64,000 nt of DNA from Candidatus Buchananbacteria bacterium RIFCSPLOWO2_01_FULL_39_33 (GCA_001817505.1 MHIM01000034.1:51005-115004); one strand, 5' to 3'. Shown: positions 37,521-50,868, counted from the first letter of the stretch. Numbers and translations are program-made. The notes: generated by a model not told the origin, from the sequence alone.

Positions 37521-38558
37521 ATGTTCAAAAAGTTTTTTGGCCAGTTCAATAAAGGCCTGGGCATTGATCTGGGCACCACCAAGACCATCGTCTATCAGCA
37601 GGATAGGGGGATTGTGGTCAGCGAATCATCAGTGGTGGCGGTCAATATCAGAACCGACCAGATTTTAGCGGTCGGCGATGAAGCCATGAAGATGGTGGGC
37701 AAGACCCCGCCGCATATCGTTGCCACCATTCCGTTGGATAATGGCATTATTTCTGATTTTGAAATAACCGAAAAAATGCTCAAATATTTTATGGACCGTG
37801 TGGCTGCCGGCCGAATTGCCCTAGCAGTTAAGCCCAAGGTGGTAGTGGGCATACCGCTGGATATTACAGAAGTTGAAAAAAAAGCGGTTGAAGATGCTGT
37901 CTTGTCAGCCGGTGCCAGCCAGGTATTTTTAGTGGAAAACATTATGGCGGCGGCCATTGGCGCCAGGATTCCCATTCAAGACCCTTCGGGCAATATGATT
38001 GTCAATTTAGGCGGCGGCCTGACAGAAATCGCTGTTATTTCGCTTGATGGCATCGTTAACTGGAAATCAAGCCGCGTTGCCGGCTTGACTTTGGACAAGG
38101 ATATTATCAGATTCGCCAGAGATGAATTCAATCTGGTTTTGGGTGAAATAGTGGCTGAAGATATCAAGAAAAAAATCGGCTCGGCCCTGGAATTAACTGA
38201 ACCTTTGACGATGCAGATGCGCGGCCGGGATATCATCTCCGGCTTGCCGAAAGAGTTTGATGTCAATGATTCCCAGATCCGCGTAGCTATCTTTAAATCC
38301 ATCCAGCATATTTTAGATACGATTAAAGCCACTTTAGAAACCACTCCGCCGGAATTGGTGGCTGATATTTATCAAAAAGGTATAATTTTAACCGGCGGTC
38401 TGGCTCTCTTGAAAAATTTTGACAAATTTATCGCTCAGGGAATTGAGATTCCCGTTCACGTGGCTGATGATCCCCAGACCTGCACTATCAGGGGTCTGGG
38501 TGTTACCATTGACGACGAACATCTGCTTAAAGACATTATTATTCCCTCATCGCAGTAA
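37521..38558 (+). CDS. mreB: MreB-family protein (mre operon paralog)
   Basis: GIDLGTT, ESSVVA, NLGGG, TPPELVAD; upstream of mreC-mreD-mrdA. Confidence 0.9.
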   Translation: MFKKFFGQFNKGLGIDLGTTKTIVYQQDRGIVVSESSVVAVNIRTDQILAVGDEAMKMVGKTPPHIVATIPLDNGIISDFEITEKMLKYFMDRVAAGRIALAVKPKVVVGIPLDITEVEKKAVEDAVLSAGASQVFLVENIMAAAIGARIPIQDPSGNMIVNLGGGLTEIAVISLDGIVNWKSSRVAGLTLDKDIIRFARDEFNLVLGEIVAEDIKKKIGSALELTEPLTMQMRGRDIISGLPKEFDVNDSQIRVAIFKSIQHILDTIKATLETTPPELVADIYQKGIILTGGLALLKNFDKFIAQGIEIPVHVADDPQTCTIRGLGVTIDDEHLLKDIIIPSSQ

Positions 38559-38743
38559 ATGAATATTGGCTATTAGATATTAAATATTTAAATTAAATAA
38601 ATCTTAAATATCTGATATCGAAATCTTAAACAAATCCTAATAACTAAATTCCAAAAATTTTAGAATTTATAATTTATAATTTATTTCGGGTTTGAAATTT
38701 CGGATTTATAATTTATATTATTGTTTTCATATTTTTAAATTAG

Positions 38744-39538
38744 ATGGATAATTTTTTCAAATTAGCGTTGTTAGGTTTAATGATTATTTTTTTAATAATC
38801 GCGCTCCATTATATTAATTGGCTTAAGCCGGTTGAAAATGCCTTAATCAAGGTCTTAGGTCCAGGACAGGAAAAGATTTATTCTTTGGTTTTAGATATTA
38901 AAGATTTTCGAACCCGCTGGCTGATTAAAAGGGATTGGCTTCAAGAAAATGAGGAATTGAGAAAAAAATTTGAGGAATTACGCATTGATCAGTCCAGTCT
39001 TAATAGTTTAAAAAGCGAAAATGATCTTTTAAAACAGGAACTAAACTTTACCCAAGAACGGGAAATTAAGACCGTTACGGCCAAAATAATTACCGGTGTT
39101 TCCGATTCTTTATCTAAGTCGGTGATAATAAATAAAGGTTTTAATGACCAAGTAGAAGATGGTTTGGCGGTGGTAGCCGGCCCGGGAGTGATGGTTGGCA
39201 AGATTTATGATGTTTATGCCGACCATAGCAAGGTTTTGCTTTTAACCGATAACCAAAGCCGGGTGGCGGCCACTATTCAGAATTTAAATAAAACCACTGG
39301 TTTGGTAGAAGGCCAATTCGGCCTAAGTTTTGCCATGACCAATATTCCCCAAGACCAGGAAGTTAAAAACGGCGACTTAATAGTTACTTCCGGTTTGGAG
39401 GGAAAAATACCCAAGGACCTTTTGATTGCCCAAGTTGAAAGCGTCAATGAAGTGGAAAGCGAGATTTTTAAAACCGCGCTTTTAACTCCGATCATCCCTT
39501 TTGATAATTTAAGCTACGTTTTAGTCATCTTGAGATGA
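38744..39538 (+). CDS. mreC: Rod shape-determining protein MreC
   Basis: TM, coiled coil, INKG, GDLIVTSG. Confidence 0.9.
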   Translation: MDNFFKLALLGLMIIFLIIALHYINWLKPVENALIKVLGPGQEKIYSLVLDIKDFRTRWLIKRDWLQENEELRKKFEELRIDQSSLNSLKSENDLLKQELNFTQEREIKTVTAKIITGVSDSLSKSVIINKGFNDQVEDGLAVVAGPGVMVGKIYDVYADHSKVLLLTDNQSRVAATIQNLNKTTGLVEGQFGLSFAMTNIPQDQEVKNGDLIVTSGLEGKIPKDLLIAQVESVNEVESEIFKTALLTPIIPFDNLSYVLVILR

Positions 39539-39559
39539 TTATTCTAACTGCCCAATCGC

Positions 39560-40081
39560 ATGTGGTATAAAATATTATTGTCAATAATTGCCATTATAAC
39601 TTTGATTATAATTCAAGTCACTTTCTTAGGAAGTTTTAGCGCCTACTGGAGCAATTTTAATTTGGCTTTGGCAATTTTGGTGATTTTGCTATTTTTTCTT
39701 GATTTCCCGATGATCATGTTTTTTGCCGTCACCGCTGGCTTTATGCTGGACCTTTACTCGGCCCTGCCTTTTGGCATATTTATGCTTTCGGTTTTTACCG
39801 CCGCTTTAACAGCTGAATTTCTGCTTTTTAATTTTTTTACCAACCGTTCTTTTTATTCCGTTGTTTTTTTAGGTCTGGCAGCCGTGCTGGCTTTTAATGC
39901 CGCTTTTTTAACTCTTAGCGGCTTAACTTATTTATTCAATCTTAGTGATTTTTACTTAGATAGCAGTTATTGGCGGCAGCTGATTTATCAACTGATAAAC
40001 ACTTGGCTGATTTTAATTGTTTTATTTTTGCCGATCAATAAATTGTCCAGGAAATTTAAACCGAATTTTATCAGTTCATGA
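39560..40081 (+). CDS. mreD: Rod shape-determining protein MreD
   Basis: Polytopic membrane protein with GFMLDLYS..PFG motif; position after mreC. Confidence 0.8.
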   Translation: MWYKILLSIIAIITLIIIQVTFLGSFSAYWSNFNLALAILVILLFFLDFPMIMFFAVTAGFMLDLYSALPFGIFMLSVFTAALTAEFLLFNFFTNRSFYSVVFLGLAAVLAFNAAFLTLSGLTYLFNLSDFYLDSSYWRQLIYQLINTWLILIVLFLPINKLSRKFKPNFISS

Positions 40082-41985
40082 GAAAAAATAAAGATTTTTT
40101 TATCGTTGAAGATATAAATATTGGCCGTAAAAATTCTTTGGGCTGGGTTGAAGACAGCTTTATTTCGGAATTCGGTAAAGCCGGCGGCAGCCGAGCCCAG
40201 TTTTTAGGGCTCTCACTGACCGAAAAAAAACTGAAAATGTTTTTTATTCTTTTAATCATCGGTCTGACTGTTCTTTTAGGAAAAAGTTTTTATCTCCAGA
40301 TTATCTCCGGCCGTCATTATTTTGCCCTAGCGGAAGAAAATAGAATCAGGACCAAATATGTCAAGGCCCAAAGAGGAGTGTTTTATGATAATAGCGGAGA
40401 GGTCTTAGTGCGCAACGTTTCCGGCTTTTCGCTTTTTCTGACACCGGCTGATTTGCCCAGGGATCAAGTTAAAAGAGAAGCGGTCATCCGAGAAATTTCT
40501 TCAATTATTGGCTTGTCTTTTCAGGTAATAACGGATAAAATCAGCGACTACCGATATTACTTTCAGCCAATGGTCATTAAAACCGGCATTGATTATGAAA
40601 AAGCTATGGCTCTTAAAATCGTCAGTACCAATTGGCCGGGAGTTTCTCTGGAAGTTGATACTTGGCGGCAATATTTAGCCGGCCAAAGTTTTTCCAATCT
40701 TTTGGGCTATGTCGGCAAAATCAGCCCCGAGGAATACCAGGCTAAAGGCGGCAGTTACCTGTTAACTGACAACATAGGCAAAACCGGCTTGGAGAAATCC
40801 TATGAGGATCTGTTGCGCGGAGAGCAGGGCAAAAAACTCGTGGAGGTTGACGCTTTGGGCCAAGAAAAAAAGGTAGTATCGCAAACTGATTTTATACCCG
40901 GACAAGATTTGATTTTATCAATTAACGCTGATCTGCAAAGGAAGATTTATGAAATACTGGCTGGTAAACTAAAGAACCAAAAAACCGCTGCGGTGGTAGT
41001 TTCCAATCCGCAGAATGGGGAGATTTTAGCGCTGGTTGATTATCCCGGTTATGATAACAATCTTTTTACTACCGGTATTAGTTTGGAAAAATATCGGGAG
41101 TTGATTGAAGATAAGCGCCAGCCGCTTTTTATGCGTTCTATCGCCGGCGAATATCCTTCAGGTTCAACGATTAAAATCGTTATTGCCGCCGCCGCTTTAG
41201 AAGAGGGCATTGTCAATAAAAATACCATCATTAATAGTGTTGGCGGCCTACAGATCAATCAATGGTTTTTTCCGGATTGGAAGATTGGCGGCCATGGCGC
41301 TACCAATCTAATCAAAGCCATTGCCCAGTCGGTCAATACCTATTTTTACTACGTTGGCGGCGGTTATAACGATTTCCAAGGTTTGGGGGTGGACTTACTG
41401 GCTAAGTATATGCGCCTTTTCGGTTTAGGTGTCAAGCTGGGCATTGATTTACCCGGGGAAGAAGACGGGTTTGTTCCAACTAAGGAATGGAAGGAAAAAA
41501 CTAAGAATGAATTGTGGTATATCGGCGATACTTATCACTTGTCAATCGGCCAGGGCGATTTGCTGGTGACTCCATTGCAAGTCAATGCTTACACTGCGGC
41601 TCTAGCCAATGGCGGGACGCTTTATAAGCCGTATCTGGTCAAGGAGATAATCCACAGTGATGGCAAAAGAGAAGTAATTATGCCCCAAACCATCAGAAAA
41701 GATTTCATTGCTTCTGAAAATATTGGCCTGGTCCGTGAAGCCATGAGAGAAACTGTTGTCTCTGGTTCGGCCAGAGGTCTGAATTATTTGCCGGTGAAAA
41801 TAGCTGGTAAAACAGGCACTGCCCAGTGGAGCAGTAGCCAAAACAATCATGCTTGGTTTACGGCTTTTGCCCCTTATAACAATCCTGATTTTGCTATTAC
41901 GGTTTTAGTTGAGGAGGGAGGCGAAGGCAGCAGCATCGCCGCTCCCCTGGCTGGTGAAATAATCAGTTATTGGTTTAGCCGATAA
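40078..41985 (+). CDS. mrdA: Penicillin-binding protein 2
   Basis: STIK (SxxK), SVN (SxN), KTGTAQ, SIGQG. Confidence 0.93.
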   Translation: MRKNKDFFIVEDINIGRKNSLGWVEDSFISEFGKAGGSRAQFLGLSLTEKKLKMFFILLIIGLTVLLGKSFYLQIISGRHYFALAEENRIRTKYVKAQRGVFYDNSGEVLVRNVSGFSLFLTPADLPRDQVKREAVIREISSIIGLSFQVITDKISDYRYYFQPMVIKTGIDYEKAMALKIVSTNWPGVSLEVDTWRQYLAGQSFSNLLGYVGKISPEEYQAKGGSYLLTDNIGKTGLEKSYEDLLRGEQGKKLVEVDALGQEKKVVSQTDFIPGQDLILSINADLQRKIYEILAGKLKNQKTAAVVVSNPQNGEILALVDYPGYDNNLFTTGISLEKYRELIEDKRQPLFMRSIAGEYPSGSTIKIVIAAAALEEGIVNKNTIINSVGGLQINQWFFPDWKIGGHGATNLIKAIAQSVNTYFYYVGGGYNDFQGLGVDLLAKYMRLFGLGVKLGIDLPGEEDGFVPTKEWKEKTKNELWYIGDTYHLSIGQGDLLVTPLQVNAYTAALANGGTLYKPYLVKEIIHSDGKREVIMPQTIRKDFIASENIGLVREAMRETVVSGSARGLNYLPVKIAGKTGTAQWSSSQNNHAWFTAFAPYNNPDFAITVLVEEGGEGSSIAAPLAGEIISYWFSR

Positions 41986-42066
41986 TGACGGGTTGACATA
42001 AATTTTCCCAACCTCTATACTGTAAATTATATTGATTTTAGAAATTCACTATAACCAAAACAAAAA

Positions 42067-42528
42067 ATGAAAGAAAATTATATTTCCAAAGAAGGCCTGA
42101 AAAAATTACAGGAGGAATTGGAAGAGTTGAAAAATATCAAAAGACCGCTGACGGTTGAAAAAATTACTCGAGCCAGAGATCAGGGCGATCTCTCGGAAAA
42201 TGCCGAATACCATGAAGCCAGAGAAGAACAAAGCTTTATTGAAGGTAAAATCCAGGAATTGGAATATTTAATCAAAAATTCCATTGTTATAAAAAGCGAT
42301 AAGAAATCCGAAATTATCGGGCTGGGCTCAACAGTTCACGCCACTTGTGATAATGGGACTAAATTGAAATACACTATTGTCGGTCCAACTGAAGCTGATC
42401 CTGCCCAGGGTAAGATTTCCCATGAATCGCCGTTAGGCCGGGCTTTTATCGGCAAATCAGTCGGTCATGAATTTGAATTAGTTATACCGGCTGGCAAGCT
42501 AAAATGCAAGATTGATAAGGTTGAATAA
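42067..42528 (+). CDS. greA: Transcription elongation factor GreA
   Basis: GDLSENAEY, ISHESPLGRA. Confidence 0.96.
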   Translation: MKENYISKEGLKKLQEELEELKNIKRPLTVEKITRARDQGDLSENAEYHEAREEQSFIEGKIQELEYLIKNSIVIKSDKKSEIIGLGSTVHATCDNGTKLKYTIVGPTEADPAQGKISHESPLGRAFIGKSVGHEFELVIPAGKLKCKIDKVE

Positions 42529-42600
42529 GGCCGCGTCTGGTTTTAGTCAATTAAAAACACCCCGAAATATCAACGGGGAGTTTTTTATTCCAATGGAGAA

Positions 42601-44697
<2,097 letters not shown>

Positions 44698-44784
44698 TCA
44701 TTTTACCATATTTTAAGACCGATAGCAAATTTAAAAAACGCTTTTCTGGTGTTATAAAACTGAGATTTATGATATAATCAAAAT

Positions 44785-45636
44785 ATGCTAAAAGATCAAA
44801 CGCAAAATTTTACCGATCAAGAATTAAAATTCAGTTATTGGTATATCACTCATAAGTTGTTGCTCCGGAGGATATTTATAATTTTCTTAATAGCCACCGG
44901 TTTTTTAATCTGGTTTTTTGTAATTTGGCAATTGGCTTTTTGGGGCGCTTATTTCCAACTTGAGCAATACCAGATAAAAAAGCTGATTTTTAACGACAAT
45001 CCCGGTTTGACGGCTATTGATTCAGCCAGACCCCGGCCATTACAGATAAGCGATCCCCTTGCTTTGGCAGGTGAAAATGATCGCCGTGATTATTTAGCCG
45101 AAGTTACTAATGGCAATGATAGTTGGCTGGCGGTTTTTGATTATACTTTTGATGGCGGCGGCAGCCAAACCCGATCTAAACAGGGCTTTATTTTGCCAAC
45201 GGAGAAAAAATTTCTAGTTAGCTTAGGAGCTGAAGGCAATGTTTCAACTTTAAAAATTTCCAATGTCAGCTGGCAGCGATTAGTTAAGGCCCAAGCCGTT
45301 TATGAAGATCGCTACCGGTTTAAAATAGAAAATGACAAGTTTTTAGCCAGTCAGCAAGCCGGCGAACCCAGCCAGCTGGTTTTTGACATCACCAATAGTT
45401 CGCCTTTCAGTTATTGGCAAGTTGGAGTACAGATGTTTCTTTATAGCGGCGGCAATATTGTTTCAGCTGATTATTTAGTTTTAGAACAGCTAAAATCAGG
45501 CGAAAAACGGTTGGTGGCTTTTAATTGGAGCGGTAAGTTACCCAGGCTAAGTAAGATTGAAATTATTCCCGAAGTCAATGTTTTTGATGAAAGCAATATT
45601 ATGCCCCAGACGGTTGAGCCCCAAGCTTCCCAATAA
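44785..45636 (+). CDS. Membrane-anchored hypothetical protein
   Basis: N-terminal TM, two beta-rich repeats. Confidence 0.75.
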   Translation: MLKDQTQNFTDQELKFSYWYITHKLLLRRIFIIFLIATGFLIWFFVIWQLAFWGAYFQLEQYQIKKLIFNDNPGLTAIDSARPRPLQISDPLALAGENDRRDYLAEVTNGNDSWLAVFDYTFDGGGSQTRSKQGFILPTEKKFLVSLGAEGNVSTLKISNVSWQRLVKAQAVYEDRYRFKIENDKFLASQQAGEPSQLVFDITNSSPFSYWQVGVQMFLYSGGNIVSADYLVLEQLKSGEKRLVAFNWSGKLPRLSKIEIIPEVNVFDESNIMPQTVEPQASQ

Positions 45637-45660
45637 AATAACCAGTCATTTATAACTAAT

Positions 45661-46518
45661 ATGAAAAATGTTTTTTCTTCAAGTTGGCTGGTAATCTTAA
45701 TGGTTGTTTTTTTATTATTGTTTGTTTATTGGCAATTCGGGCCGAATTTTTGGCCGCTAATTAGAATAAGCGACCAGGCCCAGTTAGCCCCCAACTGGAG
45801 CCGGCCGATAAGAGTCGGCTTAAATACCAGCAATTGGGAAGGCGGGGCTTACATCTCCAGCGATGGCACTGCTCTTTATTATGCTTATTATCCTGGTGAT
45901 TTAGAGCGGGAAGCACGCTTAGGCCGATTGCCGAGCGATATTGATGTTTATTACAGCTTAAAGCCATTTGCTAAAGCCAAAAAACATCCTCTTTCAGAAG
46001 ATGCCTGGTCGGAAGGCGGAGTCATGCTGGCGGGCAGTGATATTTATTACATGTCTGATCGTTATAGTCCGGGGACGGAAAATTTATACAAAAATGGCAA
46101 ATTAATTGCTATTGGTAATTTCACTGAGTCCCAAAAAAATCCGCATTACTGCGCTTTAAAAGCTGAGCTTTATTTTGAAATGGCTGGCATTATTTATATC
46201 TATAAAGCTGGCTTGGTTAAGAATTTGACCTGGCCGATAAATGATGGCAACCAAAATATCCAGCCGTTTTTAACTCCCGATTGCCAAAAAATGTATTTTT
46301 CTTCCAATCGGGGCAATGGTGTCTTCAAGATACTTGAGTCCGAAAGGATTAATGAGGATTCTTGGAGTCAACCAAAAGTCGTTGTGGCTAGCCAGCATGG
46401 AGTCGGGGAGCCAACCTTAACTGATGACGGTAGGACTCTGTTCTTTGTCCAAACTTTTAAGTCACTTAGGGGTAATATGAATTCTGATATATTTTATATT
46501 AATGAAGACAAAAAGTAG
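45661..46518 (+). CDS. Membrane-anchored PD40/TolB-like beta-propeller protein
   Basis: ISSDGTALYY, PFLTPDCQKMYFSSNR, PTLTDDGRTLFF repeats. Confidence 0.75.
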   Translation: MKNVFSSSWLVILMVVFLLLFVYWQFGPNFWPLIRISDQAQLAPNWSRPIRVGLNTSNWEGGAYISSDGTALYYAYYPGDLEREARLGRLPSDIDVYYSLKPFAKAKKHPLSEDAWSEGGVMLAGSDIYYMSDRYSPGTENLYKNGKLIAIGNFTESQKNPHYCALKAELYFEMAGIIYIYKAGLVKNLTWPINDGNQNIQPFLTPDCQKMYFSSNRGNGVFKILESERINEDSWSQPKVVVASQHGVGEPTLTDDGRTLFFVQTFKSLRGNMNSDIFYINEDKK

Positions 46519-46565
46519 TTAGCCATAATTTAAAACAGCCTATTATCGGGCTGTTTTTATCACTC

Positions 46566-46594
46566 TTGACATCTTTTTAAAAAGACCTTATATT
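46566..46594 (+). promoter_or_regulatory. Sigma70-type promoter of the hrcA operon
   Basis: TTGACA-17 bp-TATATT directly upstream of CIRCE. Confidence 0.75.
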
Positions 46595-46598
46595 GTAA

Positions 46599-46625
46599 TT
46601 AGCACTCTGCCTTATTGAGTGCTAA
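46599..46625. promoter_or_regulatory. CIRCE operator (HrcA site)
   Basis: Perfect TTAGCACTC-N9-GAGTGCTAA. Confidence 0.97.
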
Positions 46626-46666
46626 TAGTTAAGGCAGAGAATATAATTTCCCTCGGTGTTTTATTT

Positions 46667-47359
46667 ATGGATTCACTTGATAGAAGAAATAATTTATTGA
46701 AAATAATAGTGGAAGAATACGCCAGATCGGCTCTGCCAGTCAGCTCGGGTTTTATCGTGGAAAAGTATTTTAAAAACTTGAGCTCGGCAACCATCAGAAA
46801 TGATATGGCTGAATTGGAAGCCAGCGGCTTAATTTGCCAACCCCATATTTCAGCCGGCCGGATTCCGACCATTGAGGGTTATAAGGAATACCTGGCTATC
46901 TTTGTTGACAATGGCGAAATCACCAAGGCAGAAAGGGCCGCTTTGGATAAGATAGCGGCCTTTGATTTAAGGCAAAAAATCAAAGAAGTCGCCAAAGTGG
47001 TGGCGGACTTGGCCAATAATGCTGTCTTTGTCGGTTTTGGGAAAGACGATTATTTTTATACCGGTTTGGCTAATCTTTTCCGCCAGCCGGAGTTTAGGGA
47101 AAGCGCCTATCTTTATGATATGTCGGAAATCATTGATCATTTGGGCGAAGGCCTAACTAAAATTAATGGCAGTTTAGAATCGGATCAGGTAAAAATTTTA
47201 GTTGGTTCAGATAATCCTTTCGGGGAATTTTCCTCGGTTATTATTGCCCGGTATGGCCACCACCGAGCTGGTTTAATTGGCTTATTGGGTCCCAATCGTC
47301 TGGATTATAAGCAGGGTCTGGGTTTGATCAGTTATGCTCAAGGACTTTTAATTAATTAA
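46667..47359 (+). CDS. hrcA: Heat-inducible transcription repressor HrcA
   Basis: SSATIRNDMAELE, QPHISAGRIPT, LGPNRLDY; ATG 46667; CIRCE upstream. Confidence 0.93.
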   Translation: MDSLDRRNNLLKIIVEEYARSALPVSSGFIVEKYFKNLSSATIRNDMAELEASGLICQPHISAGRIPTIEGYKEYLAIFVDNGEITKAERAALDKIAAFDLRQKIKEVAKVVADLANNAVFVGFGKDDYFYTGLANLFRQPEFRESAYLYDMSEIIDHLGEGLTKINGSLESDQVKILVGSDNPFGEFSSVIIARYGHHRAGLIGLLGPNRLDYKQGLGLISYAQGLLIN

Positions 47360-47372
47360 TAGTTAGAATTAA

Positions 47373-47867
47373 ATGGGTCAAGAAGAAAAAAATTTGCCGG
47401 CCGAAATGGAAAAATTGCAACTGAAGCTTTTAGAAACCGAAAAACAAGCGCAAGAAAATTTAGCCGGCTGGCAAAGAGCCCAAGCCGATTATGCTAACTT
47501 CAAAAGAGAAACCGACCAGCGCCAAAAAGATTTATTTGAATTCGCCAATGCCGCTTTTATGACCGAGTTCTTGCCGATTTACAGCCATTTCAAACTGGCT
47601 TTAGAGCATATGCCCGAGGGCCAAAGAAAAATTGACTGGGTAATCGGTATCAGGCATATCAAAAAGCAATTCCAGGATTGGCTGAAAAAATATAAAATTG
47701 AGGAAATTAAGACCATTGGCGAATTATTTAACCATAACTTGCATGAAGCGGTAACCCATGAAGAGCAAGCGGGTTATAAAAGCGAAACAATTTTTGCCGA
47801 AGTCCAGCCCGGTTATACTTTAAACGGCAAGGTTTTAATGCCAGCCAAGGTTAAAGTGGCTAAGTAA
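47373..47867 (+). CDS. grpE: Nucleotide exchange factor GrpE
   Basis: RAQADYANFKR, HEAV, GYTLNGKVLMPAKVKV. Confidence 0.95.
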   Translation: MGQEEKNLPAEMEKLQLKLLETEKQAQENLAGWQRAQADYANFKRETDQRQKDLFEFANAAFMTEFLPIYSHFKLALEHMPEGQRKIDWVIGIRHIKKQFQDWLKKYKIEEIKTIGELFNHNLHEAVTHEEQAGYKSETIFAEVQPGYTLNGKVLMPAKVKVAK

Positions 47868-47962
47868 ATTTTGAATCAAGAATTAAAAATTCCTGCCTGC
47901 CGACAGGCAGGTTGAATCAATTTTGAAATCAGTAATTATAAATTAGAAATTTATTAAAATTT
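47868..47962. repeat. AT-rich heptamer spacer with inserted CCTGCCTGCCGACAGGCAGG palindrome (47892-47911)
   Basis: One mismatch to the 418-437 palindrome; flanks resemble 37422-37515. Confidence 0.65.
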
Positions 47963-48014
47963 ATTAATTTCACCCCATCTTTTTGGAGGATGAGGTGAGG
48001 AAGGAGAAAAAAAT

Positions 48015-48437
48015 ATGAGTTTAATTAGATGGACTCCATTTTTGGAACCGTTGGTTGGCGATGAGTTTGACAAATTTTTTGATTGGCCAACAGCTAATCT
48101 GACAGCCAGTTTTTCACCGGCGGTTGATATTTATCAAGATGACGACCAAGTGGTGGTTGAGACGCCTATGACCGGCATTGATCCGGAAAAAGTGGATATT
48201 AATGTCAAAAACGACATTTTAACCATCAAAGGCGAAAGCGAAAAGAAATCCGAGGTTGAGGACAAGGATTATTATCGCCAAGAAATCAGGCGCGGCAGTT
48301 TTTATCGCTCGGTGCAATTGCCGGCTCAGGTGGTTGGTGAGAAAGCCAGCGCTGAATACAAAAATGGCATTTTAAAGATAACTTTGCCCAAAGCGCCGGA
48401 GTCAAAAACCAAGAGCATTAAAGTTGAGGTTAAATAA
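48015..48437 (+). CDS. Hsp20/alpha-crystallin small heat-shock protein
   Basis: PAVDIY, RGSFYRSVQLP, AEYKNGILKITLPK. Confidence 0.93.
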   Translation: MSLIRWTPFLEPLVGDEFDKFFDWPTANLTASFSPAVDIYQDDDQVVVETPMTGIDPEKVDINVKNDILTIKGESEKKSEVEDKDYYRQEIRRGSFYRSVQLPAQVVGEKASAEYKNGILKITLPKAPESKTKSIKVEVK

Positions 48438-48546
48438 AATCGGCCAGACGTCCGTTTAATAACGGACGCTTCCGGGCCAGGCTATTAATATTTTAGTATT
48501 TTGGCCCAGGAGAAAATTTTTAAAATAAATAAATAATAAAATAAGT

Positions 48547-50466
48547 ATGGGAAAAATTTTAGGCATTGACCTTGGCACGACCAATAGCGCCATGGCCATT
48601 ATGGAGGGTGGGCAACCGAAAATTTTAGAAAACAGCGAAGGCGCCAGAACTACGCCTTCCATGATTGCTACTGTTAAATCCGGCGAAAGATTGGTTGGCG
48701 TTTCCGCCAAAAGGCAGGCCGTAACCAATCCAGCCAACACTTTATTTTCTGTTAAACGGCTCATTGGTCGGAAATGGAGTGATGAAGAGGTGCAGAGAGA
48801 TTTAAAAACCTTGTCTTTTGCCATTAAAAAATCCGGTGAGGGAGTTAAAGTAGTTATGAGTGGCCAGGAGTACAGCCCGCCGGAAATTTCCGCTATGGTT
48901 TTGCAGAAATTAAAAGCTGATGCTGAAGCCAAAACTGGTGAAAAAATCACCGAAGCGGTCATTACTGTACCGGCTTATTTTGACGATAGCCAGAGGCAAG
49001 CGACTAAAGATGCCGGAGAAATTGCCGGATTAACTGTTAAGAGGATTATCAATGAACCAACTGCAGCCGCTTTAGCTTATGGTTTTGAAAAGAAAAAAGG
49101 ACAGCAGATTGCCGTTTACGATTTAGGCGGCGGCACTTTTGATATTTCCATTTTGGATGTATCTCAAGATACAGTTGAAGTCAAATCCACTAATGGCGAT
49201 ACTCACTTGGGCGGCGATGATTTTGATCAAATAATCATGAATTACATTTTAAATGAATTTAAAAAGCAGGAAGGCCTGGATTTAGTTAAAGACCAGACCG
49301 CTTTACAGCGCGTTAAGGAAGCGGCGGAAAAAGTAAAAATTGAGCTTTCTACCCAGATGGAATCGGAAATCAACCAGCCCTTTATTACTCAAGGTATTGA
49401 CGGTTCACCCAAACACTTAACCTTAAGAATCACCCGGGCCCAATTGGAGGGTTTAGTGGCTGATTTAGTTAATCAAACGTTTGAACCAGTCAAAAAGGCC
49501 TTGGCTGACGCCCAAGTTTCTACCAAAGATATTGAAGAAGTTATTTTAGTCGGCGGCATGACTCGTATGCCCTTAGTCCAGAAGAAAGTTGAAGAATTTT
49601 TTGGCAAAAAGCCCAATGTCAGTGTTAATCCTGATGAAGTGGTGGCGCTGGGCGCGGCGGTTCAAGCCGGCGTGCTTCAGGGCGATGTCAAAGATGTTTT
49701 GCTTTTGGATGTCACGCCATTAACTTTAGGCATTGAGACCCTGGGTGGCGTCGCCACTCCGCTGATAGAAAGGAACACCACTATCCCGACTTCCAAATCA
49801 CAAATATTTTCTACCGCCGCCGATAATCAACCGGGTGTGGAAATCCATGTGCTTCAAGGCGAGCGGCCGATGTCAACTGATAACAAAACTTTAGGCCGGT
49901 TTATGTTAGATGGCATTCCGCCGGCTCCTCGAGGCGTGCCGCAAATTGAAGTGACTTTTGATATTGACGCCAATGGTATTTTAAATGTTAAAGCGCAGGA
50001 CAAAGCCACTGGCCGAGAGCAAAGAATCACTATTACCGCTTCTTCTGGCTTAGCCAAAGAGGAAATTGAGAAAATGAAGCGCGACGCTGAAAGCCATGCC
50101 GAAGAAGACCAGAAGAAGAGGGAACTGATTGATCTTAAAAATCAAGCCGAGAGTTTGATTTTTACCACGGAAAAAACTTTAAAAGATGCCGGTGATAAAG
50201 TTGAGGCGGAAACCAGAAAAAGTGTCATGGACAAAGTTGAGGATTTGAAAAAAGCCAAAGACGGCCTTGATCAGGATTTGATCCGAAAGAATTATGAGGC
50301 CTTGTCTAATGAAATCCAAAAAGTTGGCGCAGCGATGTATCAATCAGCTTCTGCTAATTCTTCCCAGGCCGGAGGGGGAGAAGCGCCTCAAGGCGCAGAG
50401 GGGGTGGGAGCAGCAGGGCCTGCCAATGAACCGGTTGAAGGCGAGTTTGAAGAAGTGAAGAAGTAG
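48547..50466 (+). CDS. dnaK: Chaperone DnaK
   Basis: [30 protein letters not shown]. Confidence 0.98.
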   Translation: MGKILGIDLGTTNSAMAIMEGGQPKILENSEGARTTPSMIATVKSGERLVGVSAKRQAVTNPANTLFSVKRLIGRKWSDEEVQRDLKTLSFAIKKSGEGVKVVMSGQEYSPPEISAMVLQKLKADAEAKTGEKITEAVITVPAYFDDSQRQATKDAGEIAGLTVKRIINEPTAAALAYGFEKKKGQQIAVYDLGGGTFDISILDVSQDTVEVKSTNGDTHLGGDDFDQIIMNYILNEFKKQEGLDLVKDQTALQRVKEAAEKVKIELSTQMESEINQPFITQGIDGSPKHLTLRITRAQLEGLVADLVNQTFEPVKKALADAQVSTKDIEEVILVGGMTRMPLVQKKVEEFFGKKPNVSVNPDEVVALGAAVQAGVLQGDVKDVLLLDVTPLTLGIETLGGVATPLIERNTTIPTSKSQIFSTAADNQPGVEIHVLQGERPMSTDNKTLGRFMLDGIPPAPRGVPQIEVTFDIDANGILNVKAQDKATGREQRITITASSGLAKEEIEKMKRDAESHAEEDQKKRELIDLKNQAESLIFTTEKTLKDAGDKVEAETRKSVMDKVEDLKKAKDGLDQDLIRKNYEALSNEIQKVGAAMYQSASANSSQAGGGEAPQGAEGVGAAGPANEPVEGEFEEVKK

Positions 50467-50577
50467 CCTATGGCATATAACCGATAATAGAAACATAGCA
50501 ATCCCATTTGCAATTTTTTGACTGTCAAAAGTTGTACAAAAACTTTTTATCTTAATATTTATAAAAAATAAAATCCT

Positions 50578-50862
50578 ATGGAAAATCAAAATCAACCACA
50601 GGAAATTAAAATCGCTGACAATTTTACCGGCGGGGAATACGCCAATGCTATGCAAGTGGCCCATACTAAAGACGAAGTGCTCTTAACTTTTTTCAATATC
50701 GTTTCGCCATCAGGCCGGGTCTGTGCTAAAATTATTACCAGTCCCGGTCATTTGAAGCGCATGATTACCGCTCTCAACGATAATTTGAAAAGATACGAGG
50801 AGAAGTTCGGCATAGTTGAAGCGGCCGAAAGCCCCAAAAAAGAAATTGGTTTTCAAGGTTAA
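50578..50862 (+). CDS. DUF3467-like protein
   Basis: GEYAN...HTKDE..LTF...IITSPGHLKR...LNDNL.RYE.KFG. Confidence 0.75.
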   Translation: MENQNQPQEIKIADNFTGGEYANAMQVAHTKDEVLLTFFNIVSPSGRVCAKIITSPGHLKRMITALNDNLKRYEEKFGIVEAAESPKKEIGFQG

Positions 50863-50868
50863 TATTAA

